Below are positions 25,835 through 38,714 of a DNA stretch of 64,000 bases, in pieces. The first letter of the stretch is position 1. Every line of letters begins with the position of its first letter. Under the pieces are notes generated by a model that did not search any database, was not told the origin of the DNA, and was given only the letters and a program-made list of their open reading frames with translations. The position numbers and the translations under genes are program-made. Source of the DNA: Octopus bimaculoides (lineage: Eukaryota); assembly GCF_001194135.2 (NCBI RefSeq), contig NC_068989.1:15638968-15702967 (forward strand), in the 5' to 3' direction.

Positions 25835-26090
25835 TAAATCAACCGGCGAATATACAAACATAGCGCTAATTGCCACAATTATTAATATAAGTATACTTGA
25901 TTGCTAACGGCAGTGTATTTAGTTAATATAAAACGATTGATGCAATTTCCAAACATATTTATAACCCATTTCCCTATTCCGAAATAGGAAATTGGTTAGC
26001 AGTATTATAGGTGATAATTCTCAATGTTAAGTCCTCCAGGCGCCCATTTAAAATATTTTGCGAAATGAGAATCAATTAATTTATGATATA
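25835..26090 (+). repeat. Dispersed repeat, second copy at about 49073-49330
   Basis: ttgctaacggcagtgtatttagttaat...attccgaaa(t/g)aggaaattggttagcagtatt...tcctccaggc in both. Confidence 0.75.
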
Positions 26091-26249
26091 TGCATAACAT
26101 ATATACATATATCGTATATATTATGTAGATAATTTATGTAATTATTGTTTCTCATATACTCGTGTACACACATACACACACACACACATATATACCAAGT
26201 TGAGTACTGGTGTCATTGAAAGCGACTACTCTCCTCCTACAAAAATTTC

Positions 26250-28328
26250 AGGACAAATGCAATGGTTCTGCCTGGGATGGCACATGCCTGTGCCTCCCGG
26301 CTATACCATTCGCGACATGCGCCAGCCTCTTTGCTAAAACCTTGGCCAAACTCTTCACTTCTGCGTTTAACAGAGTGATGGGCCTGAAATGATCTGAAAC
26401 GTCCCCCTTGTCCGGGTCCTTTCTGATCAGCGTCACCACTCCCCGGCGCACAGATCTGGGGATAAACCCATTCTGTTGCCAGTTCGCGTACACGCTAGCC
26501 AGTAGGTACCCGAACAAGTCTGGCATACATTTATATAGCTCGTAAGGAAGACCATGAAGTCCCAGCGACTTATCCGCTTTACAGACAGTCATAGCCTCCG
26601 TCACCTCCACAGGCGTGATCGGCCCTCTCGCAATCCTCCGCATCCGACCCCGAGAGGCGTGGTGGCCCGGCAAGAAAATCCTTGAGGACTTCCCTACCAT
26701 CAGGACCGCCATCACCCCGAGCAGCTGGGTGAAGTACTCTCGAAAGGCCTCACACATTTCCTCGGGTTCGTTTACCAAGACACCATTTTGGTTCGTCATA
26801 GACTGAATAGTGGAACTGTTTCCTTGTCGAGCTTCCACCACTCGGGCCCACCCAGCGGCCTTGATTCCTTCACTTCCCATCGCACGTAACTTAGCTCTGG
26901 TAATACTTCCCATGTGTTGGGTTTCAAGATACTGGTTCAACTCCAGTCTCTTTACCTTCACTTGGTCCGCATTACCGAACCTCAAAGCTTCTTCTAGTTC
27001 TTTAACTATACCATCTCTTATTCTACGTCCCTTCTTAGCTAAACTTATGCTAAACCTAATAGACTCATATTTTATGGCGTTTTGTGGGGTGTACCACCAT
27101 TTATTATTAATGATGGTACCTGTCTATGCCCTCTGAATTGATTTCTTGATCTGCTTTCTGTAGTCCTCAATCACCAAAATGGACGTATTGAGTTTCCAGT
27201 AGCCAGATCCCTGTCTATGTAACTTATCTACTGTCAACTTACAGGTAACCACCTTGTGATCACTGTAGCTGACTAGGTGAAATTGTGGACACTTAGCTAT
27301 GCACGTATCTGTTTTACTAATTAAAACCCTATCTATATATGTTCTGGAAGACCCGTCACTATTTAACCACGTCCACTATGGAGTGTTCGGATGTTCCAAC
27401 CTATATGGATCTGCCAGTTGAAAGTGACTTAGCAGATCCCGAAAGTCAGGGTTACATTTTCCATTCATGTTCGAGCCAACACAATCTGTGCGTGCGTCAC
27501 AAATTGTTTCCTTCCAGGACTGCAGCCATCAAGCACATAAGGTTTACTCCGGGTGGAACTCTAGGTATTCTAACCTTAGATGTCCTCATTCCCATGTAAA
27601 TTGGGATCAATATCGTGTCTTCTGACTCTAATGATTTTACAGAGTGTTGTTGTGCCGTTTCTACGTTCTTCTTGAACTTCACCTCCATGGTTCCAAACTT
27701 CTTCCCTCTGGCTAGGTATGTAATGTCCTGCCAGATGGGTTTTAAACATTTTTCAGTTTTCTGCTCACATATCTTGTCAAGTTTTCGAGCTTTTAAGCAG
27801 AATGTCTTAAAAATAATAATTTTCCCTTTTTCTGCTGTTAATTGTTCTTCTGGTATTTCCACTTTTACCATTCCATTTCGTACTGTTACCATTTCCTTGT
27901 ATTTTAATAATTCCTTTTTGTCAGTTGACAGCTGTTGCATTCCACTACCAGCTGCTGACGCAAAACTTTTTCTTTTTTCATTTTGAATGGTCTTTGCTTC
28001 TATATTTCTTTTGGTACCCGTAACTTTTGGCAATGCAGGGAATTCACTTTCCGAAACATCAGAAATGTTATCAAAAATTAAACTTTCTATCTTCCTCGCT
28101 TCCCGCTCGGTCGATGAATCTTCACCCGACGAAGACACACTTTTCGGCATCTTGCCGGCAATTAATGTTTTCCCCCACACGGGAAAACCACAGATAGCCT
28201 TCGAAAGAAAACTATAATACAACTTTTAAATAATAAGTCCAACAATAAGCACAACAAGAGGTATAACGATATAACAATTAACAGAAACTTATTTTACGAA
28301 CACACTCCAACAATAAATTTTCAATCAC
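26250..28328 (-). mobile_element. Tx1/L1-clade LINE: 5'UTR, partial ORF1, internal deletion, C-terminal half of APE endonuclease, N-terminal RT; 3'-truncated
   Basis: ORF1 from ATG at 28150 (MPKSVSSSGED..TSKVRIPRVPPGV). ORF2 frame WTW..SRTYIDRVL..SDHKVV..GSGYWKLNTS (2 in-frame stops), then KSLGLHGLPYELY..GVVTLIRKD..FRPITLLNAEVKSLAKVLAKRL. Confidence 0.9.
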
Positions 28329-28329
28329 A

Positions 28330-28392
28330 GACAGACGAAATACCGCTAAGCATTTCGCCCGGCGTGCTAACGTTTCTGCCAGCTCGCTGCCA
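28330..28392 (-). mobile_element. SINE family B head only, abutting the LINE 5' end
   Basis: Minus strand ggcagcgagctggcagaaacgttagcacgccgggcgaaatgcttagcggtatttcgtctgtc, then LINE UTR. Confidence 0.85.
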
Positions 28393-30340
28393 TGGCATTG
28401 TGGGGTTGTTATTGTTGAGGTGGCTGGTACTGGAGCTGTCCTGTTTCGAAGACTATGTGGTCGTCCCTTTCTTTCTCTTTTCCCTCCTTTCCGTTGTATA
28501 CGTTGGGAATGATTATGAGTGTGTACTAGTGTGTATGTGTATCTGCCAACGTAGAACGAAATTGTGTAACCTCGAGCTTTTGTGCTCTGTTTTACTTTTC
28601 TCTACTACACTATATTCTTGTTTAAGCAACTCCATTGATGTGGATAATTTGCATAATAAAGACACATATTGAGTACTAAACACTATTCTTTGTAGTTTTT
28701 GTTAAACACTTAGGAGATGTTTTAATAAAATTATATTATTTTTCAATCACCAAACATGCAAACCAGGCGTTTAACTGACCGAATTGCGGGTATATTGTTT
28801 TATGAAGCGTTTCGTATTTTATAAACGATATAAATGACCACACACACACACATGCAGATTTTATCAAAACCGGTTCACATGCGCAATGCAAATTGCGTCG
28901 TATTCGCCCAAATAAAACGATCCTTTTTCATACTGAAAACGAGTTCATAATGACAAACAATTTACGGTGCAAGCAACTACTTTTCCGCAATATTCAGAAC
29001 ATTGTTTCACTGAATATTCTTATAATAAATTTTCCTTACATTGTTAGAACTATGACTTCCAAATCCCATTGATAGATATCCATTGGTTTTCAGTACGTAA
29101 TACTATTCCTTCGGTTAGTCCTTTCTCCTTATAATATCATTTTCTTCCAGTTGCATATTGAACACATTCTGCTGCACTGCAGTCACTACAAATTATTAAT
29201 ATCCATTAATATTATATTTCTTTCCCGTTGAGTTATTTGTGATCGTCAAAACAGACTTGGATAGAAAACGGATAAGGGGATTGTCCATAGATAGGATACT
29301 TCGTTCAAAAGATACCCGAAAAACATAGTCACTCAGTCTCTGCGAATTAGCAGCCAAACTACTAAAAAGATCATACCCACAGTAATACATACAGACGACA
29401 CTGAATAACATAGTTACTAATATACAGGGCGTCTTATAATGATAGGATATATTTGTAATCTTTGTGACTTATATATAATAAATGTGATTGTTCCGGCCAC
29501 AGTTACTAACGTTTAAAATGTACGCTATAATCACGGGATTGTCCATATTTGACAATATTCATAACATGATTCTTCTTCTTCTTGTAATTGTCACTTGCAA
29601 GAGGTCTGTGTGGTCACTTGACATGTTAAAAATAATAGCTACATCCTTTAATCACTTTCTATTCTGTGATATAATTTTACATGTATATCCCAGTAAGGGA
29701 GGCATCTACATTGTATGTAGATCCTATAGATATTCTAAGTAAATCTCCATCAAATCACAGTCTTATGTGTATATAATCCAGCGAAGGTAACCTCAACAGT
29801 GTAGTTGCACAGGCTAGAAATAACAAGCATATATCCCTTGGATCACTCCCAATTAACTCATGTATATAAGCATGCATGCCTACCTACCTACCTACCTACC
29901 TACATGTGTGTATATGTATGATGTAGTTGAGCACATATACAAAGGTGGGTGATTTGTCTTGACTTCTTCTGAAGAATTTATCCAAATAATATTTCTCGGT
30001 TATGGATTTTTTTTCTTTCGTGATTTGTTTCGGGATTGTGTCAAAGTCGGTTCAATGTTGAATGCACAATCGTTGTGCCGCTTGTGTTTATACGCTGCAA
30101 GTATGATTTGTGTAAAAGTTGTACGGCAAGTGATTTAGAAAAAAAAAAAATGATGTGTAGATCGAGAAATTCTATTGGATTAATTTCTAGATTGTGCGAC
30201 GAATCTGAGTGATTTAAGACGGTCCCATAAATCGAACTTCATCGTGATATTTATATAATATTTGTTTCTTTTTTTTGCGCTCACGATCACAAGATCATGG
30301 TTTCAATACATGGACCAGGTGGTGTGCTGTGTTCTTCAGC

Positions 30341-30389
<49 letters not shown>

Positions 30390-30800
30390 CACATACCGGT
30401 ATGGTATAAAATATCCGATTCTTCAAAACATAGAATATATATGTGATAGTATTAGAAATTATCTAAAGCGGTTAACCCTGTTCGATTCTCGGTGTGAAGA
30501 ATTAAACTAGTCATTGATAACAAAAAGAAACACACGCTCATACACACACACATATACACACAAAAAACCTCTGCGTACTGAGAGAAAGAAAGGAAGAGAG
30601 ATTCAATATAACAACGGGTCCTCTGAATTAACGCTTTACCTCTCCTATGTATCACATATGGTACGCAGGACATATTTCCACGGTGTCTATGCATGATATA
30701 TTATGCACATTACTTTTCTTTTTCAATCACGAGAGTAACTACGGAGTTAAGACAGGACAGCTTTATATTACTCAGAATGCATGAATCAAGGATCTACTGA

Positions 30801-31181
30801 TGTTGGCACTCCGTCGCTTACGACGTCGAGGGTTCCAGTTGATCCGATTAATGGAACAGCCTGCTCGTGAAATTAACGTGCAAGTGGCTGAGCACTCCAC
30901 AGACACGTGTACCCTTAACGCACTTCTCGGGATATTCAGCGTGACAGAGTGTGACAAGGCTGACCCTTTGAATTACAGGCACAACAGAAACAAGAAGTAA
31001 GAGTGAGAGAAAGTTGTGATGGAAGAGTACAGCAGGGTTCGCCACCATCCCCTGCCGGAGCCTCGTGGAGCTTTAGGTGTTTTAGCTCAATAAACACTCA
31101 CAACACCCGGTCTGGGAATCGAAACCGCGATCCTATGACCGCGAGTCCGCTGCCCTAACCACTGGGCCATTGCGTCTCCAC
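30801..31181 (-). mobile_element. SINE family C, full length (tRNA-Arg-like head)
   Basis: Minus strand gtggagacgcaatggcccagtggttagggcagcggactcgcggtcataggatcgcggtttcgattccc (A box, TCG loop, B box); copies at 21682 and 49536. Confidence 0.85.
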
Positions 31182-31804
31182 TGTGTGCCTGTTTGTAGAT
31201 GAAAATACACAGGTAAATTAACAGTAAGAGAAGGATAGTAAATAAAATATAAAGAAATATTTTTTTCTCAGGATTTACTGGCAAAGATAATAGAAATGTT
31301 AAAAATTGACACCAGATGCTGCTAATTTTCTGTATTAACGTGGAAGCCATAATGGCGAAAGATTTTTCTGTGGCGATGTTCCCACTTCAAGAAATTATAG
31401 AACAACAACTTTGTAATTCATTATCTAAGTAAAACACCGTAGGAAATGTGATATAGTTTCTCGGATAATAATCATTGTATATACAGATAAAAGTGACAAG
31501 AAGAGCGACTGTCAACTGAATTGAAACAACAGAAGATTTGTCTTTCATTCTGTCAACGTTACTGAGACTAGAAATAGATAACTCTTTTTAGTACTGTTAG
31601 CAATAGGCTTCAGTTTGAAGAGAAAGAGCAATGAGTGATACTTTTCTTAGAGTTACTAAGATTTAATGCGTATGAACTTGAAGAGGGATAGAATAACACA
31701 ATCAATAACAAAAGCAGCAAATGCAAGAGAGGGAGGCAGGTGAAATTTGAGAAAAAAGGTTATAAATAATACGGAAAGATAAAGAAAGAAGTATATACTT
31801 CTTG

Positions 31805-32200
31805 TTTTCTACTCTAGGTACACGGACCAAAATTTTTGGGGAAGGGGCCTGTCGATTAGATCAGCTACAGTACGCAACTGGTACCTAAAGGGTGAAAGGC
31901 AAAGTCGACCTCGGCGGAATTTGAACTCAGAACGTAAAGACAGGTGAAATACTTCGCAGTATTTGCCCGGCGTGCTAACGATTCTGACAGCTCACCACCT
32001 TAATAATAATCCTTTCTACTACAGGAACAAGGCCTTGAAAATTTTAGGGAAGGGGACTAGTCGATTATATCGTCCCCAGTGTTTCACTGGTATTTAATTT
32101 ATCAACCCCTGAAAGGATGAAAGGCAAAATCGACCTCGGGGAAATTTGAACTTGAACGTAAAGGTGGACGAAATATTGCGAAGAATTTCGATTCTGCCAG
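31805..32200 (-). mobile_element. Two tandem SINE family B copies
   Basis: aaaggcaaagtcgacctcggcggaatttgaactc-like body twice; head gattctgacagctcaccacc. Confidence 0.8.
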
Positions 32201-32879
32201 TTCACAGCGTTAAAGAGAGAAGTATATANNNNNNNNNNNNNNNNNNNNNNNNNNNNNNNNNNNNNNNNNNNNNNNNNNNNNNNNNNNNNNNNNNNNNNNN
32301 NNNNNNNNNNNNNNNNNNNNNNNNNNNNNNNNNNNNNNNNNNNNNNNNNNNNNNNNNNNNNNNNNNNNNNNNNNNNNNNNNNNNNNNNNNNNNNNNNNNN
32401 NNNNNNNNNNNNNNNNNNNNNNNNNNNNNNNNNNNNNNNNNNNNNNNNNNNNNNNNNNNNNNNNNNNNNNNNNNNNNNNNNNNNNNNNNNNNNNNNNNNN
32501 NNNNNNNNNNNNNNNNNNNNNNNNNNNNNNNNNNNNNNNNNNNNNNNNNNNNNNNNNNNNNNNNNNNNNNNNNNNNNNNNNNNNNNNNNNNNNNNNNNNN
32601 NNNNNNNNNNNNNNNNNNNNNNNNNNNNNNNNNNNNNNNNNNNNNNNNNNNNNNNNNNNNNNNNNNNNNNNNNNNNNNNNNNNNNNNNNNNNNNNNNNNN
32701 NNNNNNNNNNNNNNNNNNNNNNNNNNNNNNNNNNNNNNNNNNNNNNNNNNNNNNNNNNNNNNNNNNNNNNNNNNNNNNNNNNNNNNNNNNNNNNNNNNNN
32801 NNNNNNNNNNNNNNNNNNNNNNNNNNNNNNNNNNNNNNNNNNNNNNNNNNNNNNNNNNNNNNNNNNNNNNNNNNNNNNN

Positions 32880-33095
32880 CCTTGTGGGCAATAAAGAAAT
32901 AAGAAACGTTAGCATGTCGGGCGAAATGCATAGCGGTATTTCGTCTGTCTTTAGGTTCTGAGTTCAAATTCCACCGAGGTCGCCTTTGCCTTTCATCCTT
33001 TCCGGGTCGATAAATTAAGTACCAATTGTGTTCTGCGGTCGATCAAATCGACTGGCCTCCTCCACCCCAAAAATGTGTGCCTAGAGTAGAAAAGA
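32880..33095 (+). mobile_element. Dimeric SINE B: long-tail end fused to a short-tail unit
   Basis: gggcaataaagaaataag|aaacgttagc junction, same as at 50157. Confidence 0.8.
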
Positions 33096-34726
33096 ATATA
33101 TAGTGGGGGTGAGGGTAAATAAGAGGGTAAGAGCTTATGAAGGTTAGGGAAAAGGTGCGGGGTTGTTGTTATTTATATTTTGAGAATAGATTTTGTCATC
33201 GATGTTTACAGGTAAAAATTATACCGCTACGTTCATCAAGACAATCCATGGAAATAGAAAAAGAATTTTTTTCCATTTATCGTACTTCGATACGAAAAAA
33301 TTCCACAACCTTCCGTCTCAGTAAACCACTATTGTCTCTGGAAGTTGTTTTTATATTTACTACGGATTGCTTGAAGCTAACTTTCTTCCTACACCTCGAT
33401 CCTTGGATCGTATGTGTGTGTATACATGTATGTGTGTGTGTTTGTGTGTATATATGCATGAATGTATGTATGTATATGTGTGAGCGTGTGTGTAGTGCGT
33501 ACCGCTATGTATGTTTATATATGCATTTATGAATGATTAATAATAAGAAAAAAATGCTATTTGCGCACAGGGGTCGATGCAATCGACTAGTGTCCTTTCC
33601 CTAAATTTCAAGCCATTTGCCTATAGTGGAAAGGAATAATATTTCTAAGTGGAATTGGAAAAGCAGCTGCAGTTTGTTTTTTCGGTTCGCGCTTGACTCC
33701 CCTGTTGCTTGTGTGTTTTATAATCTTAAACTACTCTTGAAAAAGTCAATTCAGAGTTGCTGTTGTTTTTTTTTTCTCTAATTCCATTTTCGCTTATCAA
33801 ATAAAATTAACCTGTTTCATTTGTGTGCCAAGTAACAAACATTGTGAGTTACGTTGATGCATGTTCGTAACCTTAATGTTTAAAAATCTTTCCTCAATTC
33901 CAATTACATTAGTTCTGTTACCAGATAATTTAATAACATCTAACAAACGTTACCCTTTGAACACGCTTTAATCATTTTGGCATTACAACAAATTGTTCGT
34001 ATAATTGTTGGTTGCTGACCAAAAGCTTGTCCGCTGTCCATCAGTGAATATACATAACACTTCCAAATTTCTTTGTAACGCTACATCTTTCGGATTTTAT
34101 GTACGCAGCCAACAATGCTGCACGTGTACATATAAACATCGATATAATGAATGAAAAAATATGTTCAAAACGTTAATATAATCAATGAATACATATTTCC
34201 AAACCGGGAGTACCTCTTATAATCACTCAGTTCAAAGCTAAAAAAAATCTAAACCTGGCTAGTTTTGAATCTGGCAGGATTTCTGGTAATTTGCCAGTCG
34301 GCTGTTCAGATTGAATTTCTAAACTTCATCCTCTCTACGTATATTTATTTGTTTTTATCATGAGTTTCAATTAACACAATCTCAGAAAGGTTACAATAAC
34401 GGCAACTTATGAATGAGAAAAAAAAAGGAGGCAATTTGCACCCAAACTTTGAAGAAAGTTGATCTATTTATGAGAATTTTAGATAATGATCCAACCGACA
34501 CTGTCGTAATGACATTAATTTGTAAATGTTAAATACAATCGCATTCTTTGCTCTTCATTACATAAATTTTATCTAAGTATGTGGTATGAAGTAGACGAAT
34601 ATTTTATTACTGACACACACACAGACACACACACACACACACACATATATAAACACAACTATAAATATTTAGTCCCTACGTACGTTTCATCATTGCAGTT
34701 ATTTAGAACTCAGCATTGGATTTATA

Positions 34727-34765
<39 letters not shown>

Positions 34766-34916
34766 TTATATAAGGGCATTACTATATAATAACGCCGCCC
34801 TTATATAAATATAAATATATATTTCGGGAATAAATGATGGATTTTTTTCCCTTATGAGGTTTTTTTCACGCTAGCTACTTGATAAATTCTTGTAAAAGAA
34901 TTCGTCCTATTATTGA

Positions 34917-34951
<35 letters not shown>

Positions 34952-34992
34952 GAATTAATAAAAATAGCTAGTTGCAGTGTTATACCGCCAAA

Positions 34993-35119
34993 GAGAATTA
35001 CAGTCGTCAACTAAACGCGTCTAAGGGTGTCAAGACACCTACATTGTTAGAAATAAGCACTAAAATGCTCAATGCTGTTATAAAGGTCTTGACACCCTTA
35101 GTCACCGACTACAATTCTC
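34993..35119. mobile_element. Small MITE-like inverted repeat
   Basis: gagaattacagtcg...ctaagggtgtcaagac versus gtcttgacacccttag...cgactacaattctc. Confidence 0.55.
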
Positions 35120-35517
35120 ATATATATATATATAAAATAAAAAATTAAAAAGGGTGTATATATATATACTATAACAAATTAAAAAGAGTATATAACAAGT
35201 TAAACAAAGGACAAGAGAATAAGACATTAGGTCATGGACTTCACCAACTTGCATCAGTTTACGTTATAGTTTCATCGTGTATTCCCCCATAGCTTAATCA
35301 GAACTTTAAAAAGAAGTGGAAGAGGCTATAGAATGATACACAAGTACCCAACAATGAGTGCATTGCATCTTAAAGCAGTAACGGCTGTAAGTTAATAAAG
35401 TTCATTACACAATTTCTTATTCCCTTGTTATTTATTTAATTACTGTCCTGTACTCGACTGGGACATTTGTATATTGAGTTTTATTACCAGTTTATTAGTA
35501 CCGTTACGCCTTTGTGA

Positions 35518-35559
<42 letters not shown>

Positions 35560-35560
<1 letters not shown>

Positions 35561-36108
35561 GTAGTACCAGGCAGTGGCTCTCATTACTTCTGATCTTAAC
35601 TGATTGGAGGTTTTATGATGTACATTGTTTTGTTTTGGTATAAAAGATGGGCTACAGCAAATATTCAGCTCAGTACCACAGATTTGCTTGTCAGTTGCAT
35701 GACTTTCACCAGTTGAGCATGTCCCTTAGTGGCAGACGATATGTGCATTTCTGATCACGAGCAGAAGTAGTGTGAGAGCATTATAGCCATGTACTGAGAA
35801 GAATTCTTTGCGGTTTAAATAATTCACCTTTGGAAACATGGGTGATTCGTTGAACATCCTTAAACAACCCTTATTTAGGGACCTTTTGAGTGGGATGGGC
35901 TACTCGACCTGAAGAAAATTCTAACTAGGCTCCACCTGTAAGGTCATGTTCTGTTTATCTTAATATGAGATCACCATGTCGCGCACATGTGGTTGTGATG
36001 CATGTGCCTGGTGTACCCTTATCAGACGGGCAGTCATGATGGGTATAATGAGCTTCGTATATTTTACCCCAGTGTCACCTTGATGGCATTCGCTGCTCTC
36101 TCACTCAA
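35560..36108 (+). mobile_element. About 550-bp non-coding element bounded by (AAT)n on both sides
   Basis: (aat)n at about 35519-35558 and from 36108; partial second copy at 10120-10225. Confidence 0.6.
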
Positions 36109-36121
36109 TAATAATAATAAT

Positions 36122-36360
36122 AACCCAAAATCGGAATTGACATGAGAGCAGAGCAAGCCAAAAAACTGCTCAGTTGGGGAGAGCTAGGAATTTGAGATTG
36201 GTACTTGGATATTGAATGTCTCCCACGATAATTAACAACCAAATATCAAAGGTTATAATATGCGGAAAGAGACCCTGTGAGACCTCTGACAGTAGGCTAC
36301 CGTCCGTTCTCACAAAATCTGCCTGAGCAAACAAGACCGAGCGCTCTGAGAAGTAAAACA
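36122..36360 (+). mobile_element. R4/Dong-type LINE 3' end in (AAT)n
   Basis: Translates KTAQLGRARNLRLVLG*, matching the R4-clade C-terminal K.A.LGTARILRKVL; 3'UTR ends in (aat)n. Confidence 0.55.
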
Positions 36361-37230
36361 ATAATAATAATAATAATAATAATGATGATAAGAAGGAGGA
36401 TTATATATGTTCCGACCGATAGAATCTGAGGCTTAATATCACAAAATGCTCATTAATTAAAATAAGTTAGGATATTTAGAGTTATGACATACATCATTCT
36501 TGATGATAAATGCGTAATATTCTGAGTAAAAAAAAACTAAACTAAATCACATAAGAAACATGAAAGTAACGATTTAATGCCAGGACAATCCTGTTTCTCC
36601 AAACTGAGCCTGGGACTTGTTTCGTTCGTTAACCTCAGCACACGTGGCAGTACAAATTTTACAGTGTTATCTTGTAAACACATCACAGCTTTTGATTAGC
36701 TGTCGTTTCAAACAAATCAAGATAGAAGATGGACGTAAGATAGTGAATTTGATATGGATAGAGATTTAGTTATTTCATCCTTTAAACGATTAACGAAATA
36801 TATACCAGACAAATCAGTGTGATCGATGTAATCGATAAAAAGCCGTTTAAGGTGAAACCTTACCGTGCTCATCGACGAAAAACTGAAACTATTCAAAAAA
36901 TAAACAGCAACAGAAAAAGCATTTGGAAACCACACTTTGTGGGTTTTGTAAATTGTCTTATGAATCATTTCTCTTTTTCTTTTGTTGTTTGGTTGTTTTA
37001 CAAAATGTCTCATGTACATAGATAGCCTATGTTCTCAATTTTCTTTTATATTGTAAGATGTAGAATGTTCTCTTTTTGTTAGTGTTTCTTTTCATACCAA
37101 TCGACCAGTTGTTTAGATATGTCATACCCGATCGGTGGTGGCTTCGATCAAAAGTATTTCAGTTATAACCCCCTCGTTTTCCTTTCTTTCTTTCTTTCTT
37201 TATGTCATTTTTCTTTCTTTTTTTCTACTC

Positions 37231-37622
37231 AGGGCTGTGTGGTTAAGATGTACATGTTTACAACCACGTCGTTTCGGGTTCACTCTCGAAGCATCTCACT
37301 TTCGGTGTTTTCTTCTGTTGCCATACCGATTAATTTGTGAGTGAATTTAGTACACGAAAACTGTATGGAAGCCCATCGTATATATAATATGTGTGTGCGT
37401 ATCTTTATGTTTATGTTTGTTCTTCACAACCACTTCACAACCGGTACTAGTTAGCCTACGTCCTCCGTAACTTAGTTGTTCAGCAAAAATGAACGATAGA
37501 ATAAGTACCAGACTTTAAACATGTATTACTGGGGAAGATTTGTTTGACTAAACTCTTCAAGGCGTTGCCTAAGCATGGCCGCAGTCCAATGGGTGAAACA
37601 TGTAAAAGACATAAGATAAAAG
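37231..37622 (+). mobile_element. SINE family A, diverged
   Basis: ggctgtgtggttaag...cgtaacttagttgttcagcaaaa...gcatggccgcagtccaatg. Confidence 0.7.
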
Positions 37623-38714
37623 ATACATCATATCCAGAACAACATTATCCATGGCGATATATGTGATTTTCGGGAGATTCAGCTTTTATTTTTAGCAGGT
37701 TGACCGAATCGAAAATACTACGGTTTTTACTTACTATCTTGCTTATCTCTATTTCGAGCTTCCCGAGATTCTTGTAGTTTGATTATCATTTTTACACTTT
37801 CTTCCTGACGATAATTTGGTCGGACGGAATAAAGATGTGTACCAGTGTATCATAGCAATGCCATTATCATAGATTATGAGACGGTTTGGTGCATCTGTTT
37901 TGGTGTCGCATATTTGGCGTCACTAATTCGACGCTGGCTTATTTGACGTTAGACGTTTTAATGTTTCTGTCGTTCTCTCTCTCTTTCTCTCTTTCCATCT
38001 CTACCTTTTCTCTCGCTCCTTCTCTTTCCATCTCTCTCTCTCTCTCTCCCTCTCTGTGATCATATTATTCTTATGTGTATGAGGAGAGGGAAAGTTTTTT
38101 CTGTCACACTTGTTCAGTTAAGAAATTTTGATATGACTTGAGGGAAATTTCGCTGCTATTTCTTGCAAATCAATCGATCATGCAGAGATCCATTGCTACT
38201 CGGTTATGAATAAAGTGGTTATTTGTCCTCAATGAGCAAATGAAGTGATTTCTTTTCTTTTTTTTTCTTCAAGTGAATTATTGGATGTCTTTGCAAATAC
38301 AGATATTGATATTAATAACGTACGTTGAAATTTGGCCCTGTTTGTTATCTCTGTTGGTCTCCGTTTGTTTGCATTATACTAGCATTTAATTTACTTCGTT
38401 TGCTATTTCTCATCTTGGATGGTATAGCATTTCGCTTGCTTTTAGTATTCTTGTCTGTGGCTATCCATCCACTGTCTATAACCGTCTTCTCCCAAATACA
38501 TTCTGTATCACTTTCTTAGNNNNNNNNNNCTTTATTGCTGAATGTCTCGTCGATTGAATAAAACTTATTTGTTTTTTTTTTAAACAACACATTTTACATT
38601 ATTTTGCTGGAGTACAGTTTCATTAAAATTTTAACATATTATTTGTGAATATCAAATAATAATAATAATAATAATACTGATAATAACAATAATAATAATC
38701 TGCGTAATAATAAG

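Noticed and set aside
29196-29411. 71-aa ORF and an alternative TM-like frame
   Set aside because: No consistent donor; hydrophobicity is expected from T-rich DNA
30801-31181. tRNA-Arg-like sequence as a tRNA gene
   Set aside because: No complete acceptor stem; continues into a multi-copy SINE body
33212-33409. 198-nt AG...GT-bounded open frame
   Set aside because: The donor is supplied by a GTATGT microsatellite and the acceptor looks like a donor; no homology
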